Below the pieces are notes generated by a model. That model was not told the DNA's origin and made no database searches. It saw only the letters and a program-made list of their open reading frames with translations. Made by a program: the position numbers and the translations under genes. Shown piece after piece: positions 30,943-37,211 of a stretch of 37,211 nt of DNA (positions are counted from its first letter, which is position 1; every line of letters starts with the position of its first letter). Origin of the DNA: an uncultured Gammaproteobacteria bacterium (GTDB taxonomy: Bacteria > Pseudomonadota > Gammaproteobacteria > Thiohalorhabdales > Thiohalorhabdaceae). The stretch is from positions 1 through 37,211 of the forward strand of contig CAYVMM010000002.1 in the NCBI GenBank assembly GCA_964452535.1. Direction: 5' to 3'.

Positions 30943-31967
30943 CCTGTTGGCGACCGCCATTGGACGGGAGTCCTAACCAGAAGGCCTTCTGCAGCAAACC
31001 ATTGGATGGCATCCCAGAGGGATTCGGACAAAGGCCGGAACTCCAGCCCGAGCTCCCGCCGGGCCTTGCTGTTATCCAAGGCGAGGGGCTTACGAGCTAG
31101 GCGGATCCCGGTCAAAGAGGTGCTAGGCGGGCACCCGCTGATATAACGCGCCCGAAGCTCTTCCACCCCGCTAACGAGGTAGGCTAGCCAATAGGGCACC
31201 CGAAAGCGCGGCATGGACAGACCAGTAAGTTGGGCAAGCAAGGTGAGCAGCTCCTCCATGGCAATATTGGTATTGCCTAGGAGATACCGTTCCCCGGTTT
31301 GACCACGCTCCGCCGCCCGTAGATGGCCCAGAGCAACATCTCGGACATCCACAAGGTTGAGGACGGTCGCCAGATAGGCGGGGAAGTCCCCATTGAGGTA
31401 GCCTAAGAGCATGCGAGTCGGCGGGGTCAAGTGGGGATCCCCTGGTCCGACTGGGGCCGAGGGGTTAACGATGACTACCGGTATGCCCTGTCGAGCGCTC
31501 TCCACGGCAATACGCTCCGCCCGCAGCTTGGCCACGCAATAGGCACCGCACATCGCTTTCTCAGGAGGCTGGATGGTTTCGTCCAGTAGCTCCCTACCCG
31601 GAGGCCCTTTCCGACTTTGTAGGATGGCTTCGGTGGATGTGTGGACTACTCGGCGCACCCCTGCCCTCTGGGCGGCTTCCAAGACGAGACGAGTGCCTTC
31701 CTCGTTGCTCTGGATCATGGCCTGAGCATCGGGGGCCCAGAGCTGAGCTCCCGAAGCCAAATGATAGACTGTGCTCACCCCCTCCATAGCCGCCTGGAGC
31801 GTTGCCCAGTCGGTAATGGAGCCCTGCCAATGGGCTATCCTTTCTGCCGGAGCCTTGGGCGCTTCAAGGTCTAGGGTCCGAACCGGGATCCCATGTTGCT
31901 GGAGTAGGGCCACAAGGGAGCGACCGATAAAGCCTTGGCCTCCCGTAACTAAGGCGGTTCCAGTCAT
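30939..31967 (-). CDS. hpnA: Extended SDR, HpnA-like NAD-dependent epimerase/dehydratase
   Basis: TGGQGFIG, YCVAK (YxxxK), VNPSAPVGPGD..TPP, NLVDVRDVALGH, GERYLLG; ATG 31967 with an AAGGA SD. Confidence 0.75.
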   Translation of the reverse strand: MTGTALVTGGQGFIGRSLVALLQQHGIPVRTLDLEAPKAPAERIAHWQGSITDWATLQAAMEGVSTVYHLASGAQLWAPDAQAMIQSNEEGTRLVLEAAQRAGVRRVVHTSTEAILQSRKGPPGRELLDETIQPPEKAMCGAYCVAKLRAERIAVESARQGIPVVIVNPSAPVGPGDPHLTPPTRMLLGYLNGDFPAYLATVLNLVDVRDVALGHLRAAERGQTGERYLLGNTNIAMEELLTLLAQLTGLSMPRFRVPYWLAYLVSGVEELRARYISGCPPSTSLTGIRLARKPLALDNSKARRELGLEFRPLSESLWDAIQWFAAEGLLVRTPVQWRSPTG

Positions 31968-32034
31968 GACTGTTCCTTGGGAGTGCATCATCCTACAATA
32001 CGGGTTTCTTAAACGGCGCCGGCCGGGTCCTGAT

Positions 32035-32208
32035 CGTCCCCTTCGCCTTATTAAGGGGAACCTCCATCCGGTCACCGGAACCGGCCCGGTAAAGGGTAAA
32101 GAGCGACTTTGGGGGGAGACGGGGGGACCCACCCTAAGGGGACGGCCCCTCGGATCGGATCCCCCGTTACCGGCCCGCTGCACCATAGCAAAACGTTCGT
32201 CCCCTTAG
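32035..32208. repeat. Four copies of a TCCCCTT-core motif in both orientations
   Basis: 32035-32045 (+), 32051-32061 (-), 32134-32144 (-), 32198-32208 (+). The last two form a perfect 11-bp inverted repeat. Confidence 0.6.
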
Positions 32209-32230
32209 CCTCAGTCGAGGAGCCGCTGGA

Positions 32231-33364
32231 TTGAAGCTATCCAATCCCTCGGGTCCCTCGGGGCAAAGGCCACGGGCTGCCCATCCTCTCCTGGGCGCTA
32301 ACCCGGCAACCCTGCTCGCGGCCTTTCGCCACAGCGGCGGGATCCCTCCTTCGAGCCTGCCGCTCGCTGGGGCCGCTACGGTTTCCGCTTTGGCCCGCTG
32401 GCCCTTTACCCTGTTGGAGCACCTTTGGGTAAGCACTCGGGAAAAGCGCCGCCGCGAGCTGCCCGCACCGGTCTTCATCGTCGGGCACTGGCGAAGCGGA
32501 ACAACCCATCTCTACAGCCTGCTGACGCAAAGCCAGCGCTTTGCCTACGTTTCCCCCTTAGCTACCGGCCTCCCTTGGGACTTTCTAGTGCTCGGGCGGG
32601 TGCTCAGGCCCCTATTGAAGCGAGCCATGCCGGCCAACCGCTTTATCGATCAGATGGAAGTCCGTCCAGACTCGCCCCAGGAAGATGAGGTGGCCCTGGC
32701 CAACATGCAGCCGTTGTCTTTTTTTCAGGGCTTATACTTCCCTCGTCGCTTTTGGGCTCATTTCGATGCGGGGGTCTTCTTTTCGGAGTGCTCGGCGGAG
32801 CAGATCAAACAGTGGCAGCGGGCAGCTCGCCTATTCCTGGAAAAGGTGGCCATTGACCAGCCCGGGCACCGAGTCTTAATCAAAAATCCCGTATACACCT
32901 CGCGGGTGGACCTTCTTAAGACGATGTGGCCAGACGCGCAGTTCATCCATATCTATCGGAACCCTTACATGGTCTTCCAGTCCACTCGCCATTTCTACCG
33001 CAAGCTCCTTCCTGAGCTTGCCCTCCAGGAATACCAACACTTAGATATCGACCGCATCGTCCTGGACACCTATCCTCGCCTGATGGACCGGGTTTTGGAA
33101 GAGAGCCGGGCACTGCCCGCTGGGAGCTTCAGCGAGGTTGCATTTGAGGAGCTAGAGCAATCTCCCCTGAAAGAGCTGAAACGGATCTATCAGGAGCTCG
33201 GTTGGACCACGTTCGAATCCGACCGGCCGGCCTTTGAAGCCCATATGGAAGCGAATCGCGGCTACCAGAAGAACGCCTATCGCTTTCCCCCCGAGGATAA
33301 CCGTAAGGTGGAGCGCCACTGGGGGTATTACATCCAGCATCTGGGCTATGATCGCGCCCCATAG
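32231..33364 (+). CDS. PAPS-dependent sulfotransferase (Stf3/Rv2267c-like)
   Basis: 5'-PSB loop PVFIVGHWRSGTTHL, PQEDE, KNP, 3'-PB FIHIYRNPYMVFQS; TTG start with a GAGGAG SD. Confidence 0.9.
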   Translation: MKLSNPSGPSGQRPRAAHPLLGANPATLLAAFRHSGGIPPSSLPLAGAATVSALARWPFTLLEHLWVSTREKRRRELPAPVFIVGHWRSGTTHLYSLLTQSQRFAYVSPLATGLPWDFLVLGRVLRPLLKRAMPANRFIDQMEVRPDSPQEDEVALANMQPLSFFQGLYFPRRFWAHFDAGVFFSECSAEQIKQWQRAARLFLEKVAIDQPGHRVLIKNPVYTSRVDLLKTMWPDAQFIHIYRNPYMVFQSTRHFYRKLLPELALQEYQHLDIDRIVLDTYPRLMDRVLEESRALPAGSFSEVAFEELEQSPLKELKRIYQELGWTTFESDRPAFEAHMEANRGYQKNAYRFPPEDNRKVERHWGYYIQHLGYDRAP

Positions 33365-33405
33365 CCCCCAGTGGTGATAGGCCCAACCCAAGCGGATCCA
33401 CACAA

Positions 33406-34185
33406 ATGGAGCCAAAGGACCCTCCAGTCATGGGCAAGGTTCGCCTAGACGCCTTTCTCGTGCGGCAGGGATACGCAGCCAGCCGGGCACGCGCTCGGCG
33501 CCTTATCGAAATCGGTGCGGTCCGCATTGCCGGGAAGGTGGTCTCCAAACCGGGTCAGCGTTTGGCTCCGGATCTGAAGATAGAAGTCAGGGATAGCGAC
33601 TTCCCCTATGTTTCCCGCGGAGCCCTCAAGCTGGAATCCACCTTGAGGGCCTTTACCCTAGCCCCAACCGGGGTCCGGGCCCTGGATGTTGGCGCGGCAA
33701 CAGGAGGATTCACTGACGTCCTCCTCTGTTATGGAGCGAAAACGGTAACCACTGTGGACATTGGCTCCGGACAGCTCTGTTCTCGCCTCAGGGCCGATCC
33801 CCGAGTCGCTGCCTGGGAGCAAACCGATATCCGCAAGATTGGCTGGGAGGCCTTGGGAGCCCCATTCGATTGGATTGTCGTCGACGTAAGCTTTATTTCT
33901 TTGACGTCCCTGCTAGCCCCCCTATTCCCGCTCGTTAGCCGAGAGGGCTTGGTGCTTGCCCTTGTCAAGCCTCAGTTTGAAGTGGATCGCACCAGCCGCA
34001 ATGGCAGCGGTGTGGTACAAAATGCCCAGGTCCGTAAGGAAGCGGTGGCTCGGGTTCGGGACCGAGCCTCTACCACTGGCTGGGCCTCTCTAGCCACTTA
34101 TCCCGTCCCTCTGCTCGGAGAGGCTGGTAACCAAGAATACTTTGTTTGGCTGAAACCACCCCCTAAACGCCCCCTAGACGATTGA
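33406..34185 (+). CDS. tlyA: TlyA-family rRNA (cytidine-2'-O)-methyltransferase
   Basis: S4 domain (RLDAFLV), YVSRGALKL, LDVGAATGGFTD, DVSFISL, LVKPQFE, GNQEY. Confidence 0.92.
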   Translation: MEPKDPPVMGKVRLDAFLVRQGYAASRARARRLIEIGAVRIAGKVVSKPGQRLAPDLKIEVRDSDFPYVSRGALKLESTLRAFTLAPTGVRALDVGAATGGFTDVLLCYGAKTVTTVDIGSGQLCSRLRADPRVAAWEQTDIRKIGWEALGAPFDWIVVDVSFISLTSLLAPLFPLVSREGLVLALVKPQFEVDRTSRNGSGVVQNAQVRKEAVARVRDRASTTGWASLATYPVPLLGEAGNQEYFVWLKPPPKRPLDD

Positions 34186-34234
34186 CCCCCAAGCCGCCCC
34201 GAGGGTAGGCTTCGATCAGTCCACTTTCTGGGCA

Positions 34235-34549
34235 ATGACCCTAACCGACACATGGCATGCAATCGTGAGTGCTCCCGCTGAATCCACCGAAGGAGAGCCA
34301 AGTCCTTCGGAGGCGCTTTCCTTCGAGCAGGCCCTTTCCGAGCTGGAGACCTTGGTAGAGCGGCTCGAGTCCGGCCAACAGGGCTTGGAGCAGGATCTAA
34401 GCGATTTCCAGCGAGGCATCGCTTTAGTTCGTCATTGCGAGCGGCAGCTCGAGGAAGCTGAGCAGATAGTCTACAAACTGGTTGAAGAAACCCAGGGGGA
34501 GCATTTGGAGGCGTTTGAACCGAATTCCCCGCGCTCGGAAGGCGAATAG
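34235..34549 (+). CDS. xseB: Exodeoxyribonuclease VII small subunit
   Basis: SFEQALSELETLVERLESG...FQRGIALVRHCERQLEEAEQ; the start may be GTG 34265. Confidence 0.92.
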   Translation: MTLTDTWHAIVSAPAESTEGEPSPSEALSFEQALSELETLVERLESGQQGLEQDLSDFQRGIALVRHCERQLEEAEQIVYKLVEETQGEHLEAFEPNSPRSEGE

Positions 34550-34552
34550 CCG

Positions 34553-35443
34553 GTGCAAGGTTCTCTTCAGGAGTATCTAGAGGATCGGCGCCGGCAAATC
34601 GAGTCCCACTTAGAGAAACTCCTGCCCGAAGCTGAGGAGTTTCAGCCTTCGGAGCTGGGATCTGCCCTAAGGTACGCAGTATTAGGGAACGGGAAGCGCC
34701 TGCGGCCGATCCTCGTTCTAGCCGCTTGCGAAGCCGTCGGCGGGGCCCTGGGTACGGCACTGGGACCTGCCGCTGCAGTAGAATGCATCCATGCTTATTC
34801 CCTCGTCCACGACGATCTCCCTGCCTTGGACAACGACGACCTGCGCCGCGGGGATCCGACTGTCCACAAGGCCCACGGCGAGGCCACTGCTATCCTAGTG
34901 GGCGATGCCCTTCAAACCCTTGCTTTCCAGGCCCTCAGCGAAGCGCAAGCCATTCCAAGGGACGCCCGTTTGGAGATGATCCAGCGTCTCAGCCGAGCAG
35001 TAGGGGCCCATGGCATGGTCGGGGGTCAGGCCCTGGATTTGGCCTGGGAAGCGTCCCTTCCAGACCAAGAAGCCTTGCAGCGCACCCATCGGATGAAAAC
35101 GGGAGCCTTGCTGACTGCCTCGGTTGAGCTAGGAGGACTGGCGGGAGGGGGAGCCCCCCATACGATCGTGACCCTTGGGAGGTACGGACGCCATATTGGG
35201 CTCGCCTTTCAGATCACCGACGACCTCTTGGATATCGAAGGGAGCACCGAATCCCTGGGCAAAGAAGCAGAATCCGATGTCGCGCGGAGTAAGGCCACTT
35301 ACCCTGCTTTAATGGGAAAGAGGGGCGCAAGGGAATTGGGTGAGGCCGAGCTGGATCGCGCCTTAGCGGCTCTGGAGCCGCTGGGCGAGCGTGCTGCTTC
35401 GCTCCGGGCGATTGCCCGCTACATCGTCGAACGAAACCATTGA
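34553..35443 (+). CDS. ispA: Farnesyl diphosphate synthase
   Basis: GKRLRP, HDDLPALDNDDLRRG (FARM), GQALD, KTG, FQITDDLLD (SARM). Confidence 0.94.
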   Translation: MQGSLQEYLEDRRRQIESHLEKLLPEAEEFQPSELGSALRYAVLGNGKRLRPILVLAACEAVGGALGTALGPAAAVECIHAYSLVHDDLPALDNDDLRRGDPTVHKAHGEATAILVGDALQTLAFQALSEAQAIPRDARLEMIQRLSRAVGAHGMVGGQALDLAWEASLPDQEALQRTHRMKTGALLTASVELGGLAGGGAPHTIVTLGRYGRHIGLAFQITDDLLDIEGSTESLGKEAESDVARSKATYPALMGKRGARELGEAELDRALAALEPLGERAASLRAIARYIVERNH

Positions 35444-35458
35444 TATCTGGCATAACCC

Positions 35459-37192
35459 ATGCGCCTTTCTCACTATTTTCTCCCCACCCTCCGTGAGACG
35501 CCGACCGAAGCGGAGATCATTAGCCATCGGTTAATGCTCCGCGCCGGCATGATTCGCCGTCTTGCAGCGGGTTTGTATAGCTGGCTGCCGCTCGGGTTGC
35601 GGGTTCAGCAGCAGGTGGAAAAGATCGTTCGGGAGGAGATGACGGCCGCTGGGGCCCAGGAATTGCTCATGCCGATTGTCCAACCAGCGGAGCTTTGGCG
35701 GGAATCCGGTCGTTGGGACAGTTTTGGTCCTGAGCTGCTCCGGTTCAGAGACCGTCACAATCGCGATTTTGCCCTAGGTCCTACCCATGAAGAGGTGATC
35801 ACCGATCTTGTGCGTCGGGAGGTCCACTCCTACCGACAACTGCCTTTCAATCTTTACCAAATCCAAACCAAGTTTCGGGATGAGACCCGGCCACGCTTCG
35901 GGGTTATGCGAGCCCGAGAATTCACGATGAAGGACGGCTATTCCTTCGAAGCGGATGAGGACAGTCTGGACCGAACCTACCGAATCATGTTCGAAGCCTA
36001 TGGACGGATCTTCTCTCGTCTTGGCCTGGATTTTCGGGCCGTGGAAGCCCGAACAGGGGCTATGGGCGGGACCGTATCCCACGAATTTCATGTCCTCGCC
36101 GATTCCGGGGAAGATGACCTCGTCTATTGCGACAAATGCGGTTACGCTGCGAATGTGGAGCTAGCGGAGCTGCCGTCTCCTTCGGGCGCGCGATGTCCCC
36201 CTGAGCAAGCCTTGCGTCTGGTGGACACACCTGGGGCTTACACCATCGCTACCGTTTCCCAGGCCCTTGGGATAGAGGCCCACTGTACAGTCAAGACCTT
36301 GTTTGTCCACGGTCAAAATGGCCCCGTGGCACTGATTCTGCGCGGTGACCACGAGCTCAATGAGGATAAGGCCAGCACCCATCCGGCTCTGGGAGCCGAC
36401 TGGCGTTTCATGGAGCCCGCAGAGATCACGCAATTAACCGGTGCCCATCCTGGATCAATAGGGCCGGTGGGGCTCGATCCGGACCGGATTACCGTGCTTG
36501 CTGACCAGTACGCGGCCATTTTGGTCGACTTTGTTTGCGGGGCCAACCGGGATGACCAGCACCTGCGCGGAGTCAATTGGGGGCGCGATTTGCCCGAACC
36601 GGTTAGCGGGGATCTGCGCCTTGCAACCGCCGGTGACCCCTGTCCTCACTGCGAGTCCCCTTTGGAGTCTGCCCACGGGATTGAGGTAGGCCACATCTTC
36701 AAGCTTGGAACGAAATATTCAGAGGCCCTAGCCACCTCTTATCTGGATTCCGCGGGACGCGAGCAGCCCCTTCTCATGGGCTGCTATGGGATCGGGATTT
36801 CCCGCGTGGTCGCCGCCGCCATCGAGCAGAATCATGACGATCAGGGGATCTCCTGGCCCGATGCGATCGCCCCCTTTGAGCTTATCCTGATCCCCATCAA
36901 CAAGAAAAAATCTCATAGAGTAGCTCAAATGGCTGAGGACCTCTATGGGGATCTGCTGGCTGAAGGATTTGATGTCCTCTACGACGACCGCGAGGAGCGT
37001 CCCGGCGTTCTGCTTAATGACGCCGATCTAATCGGGGTTCCACATCGCTTGGTCATCGGGGATAAGGGATTGGACAAGGGAGTAATTGAATATAAGGCGC
37101 GTGCCGCTGAAGCGACCGAGGAAATCCCTGTCGATCGGATCCAGGCATTCCTGAGGGGACAATGGGATAAAAAGGGGGCGGCTGGCGAGTGA
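35459..37192 (+). CDS. proS: Proline--tRNA ligase (bacterial type with INS editing domain)
   Basis: LGPTHEE, KFRDETRPRFGVMRAREF, GIEVGHIFKLG, MGCYGIG. Confidence 0.97.
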   Translation: MRLSHYFLPTLRETPTEAEIISHRLMLRAGMIRRLAAGLYSWLPLGLRVQQQVEKIVREEMTAAGAQELLMPIVQPAELWRESGRWDSFGPELLRFRDRHNRDFALGPTHEEVITDLVRREVHSYRQLPFNLYQIQTKFRDETRPRFGVMRAREFTMKDGYSFEADEDSLDRTYRIMFEAYGRIFSRLGLDFRAVEARTGAMGGTVSHEFHVLADSGEDDLVYCDKCGYAANVELAELPSPSGARCPPEQALRLVDTPGAYTIATVSQALGIEAHCTVKTLFVHGQNGPVALILRGDHELNEDKASTHPALGADWRFMEPAEITQLTGAHPGSIGPVGLDPDRITVLADQYAAILVDFVCGANRDDQHLRGVNWGRDLPEPVSGDLRLATAGDPCPHCESPLESAHGIEVGHIFKLGTKYSEALATSYLDSAGREQPLLMGCYGIGISRVVAAAIEQNHDDQGISWPDAIAPFELILIPINKKKSHRVAQMAEDLYGDLLAEGFDVLYDDREERPGVLLNDADLIGVPHRLVIGDKGLDKGVIEYKARAAEATEEIPVDRIQAFLRGQWDKKGAAGE

Positions 37193-37211
37193 CAAGTAGT
37201 CGTCTTCTAGG

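Noticed and set aside
31968-32186. 73-aa N-terminal extension of the SDR ORF
   Set aside because: Low-complexity Pro/Arg/Gly translation of intergenic DNA; ATG 31967 has an SD and directly precedes the Rossmann motif.
34098-34760. 220-aa minus-strand ORF
   Set aside because: Antisense to tlyA, xseB and ispA; no recognisable domain.
35448-35463. sigma54-like TGGCA-N6-ATGC before proS
   Set aside because: It overlaps the start codon, so it cannot act as the promoter for proS.
1-37211. CRISPR arrays, IS elements, prophage or defence systems
   Set aside because: No regularly spaced repeats and no transposase, integrase, phage or defence-type ORFs were seen.

Overview
About 37 kb of roughly 60% GC (by eye) proteobacterial chromosome with no mobile element, integrase or CRISPR array. 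The left half is a conserved housekeeping block. On the - strand it runs rluC, a HAD hydrolase, yceD, rpmF, plsX, fabH, fabD, fabG, acpP, fabF, pabC, mltG, tmk, holB, metG, tatD and an HU gene. rne is divergent on + and has an apparent +1 frameshift in its C-terminal tail. The middle holds a cold-shock gene, tRNA-Asn(GTT), tpx, psd, a DUF2452-like gene, an MFS transporter and aroC. The right half is a hopanoid cluster (shc-hpnG-hpnH-hpnN, with a convergent hpnA-like SDR). Divergent from the SDR is a PAPS-dependent sulfotransferase resembling mycobacterial Stf3, followed by tlyA-xseB-ispA-proS. The best candidate for an undescribed system is a hopanoid/isoprenoid-lipid sulfation module. A well-placed FNR-type box sits upstream of the hopanoid exporter, and a repeat-rich leader lies between the SDR and the sulfotransferase. 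All family calls rest on motifs and recalled family knowledge; no database searches were run.
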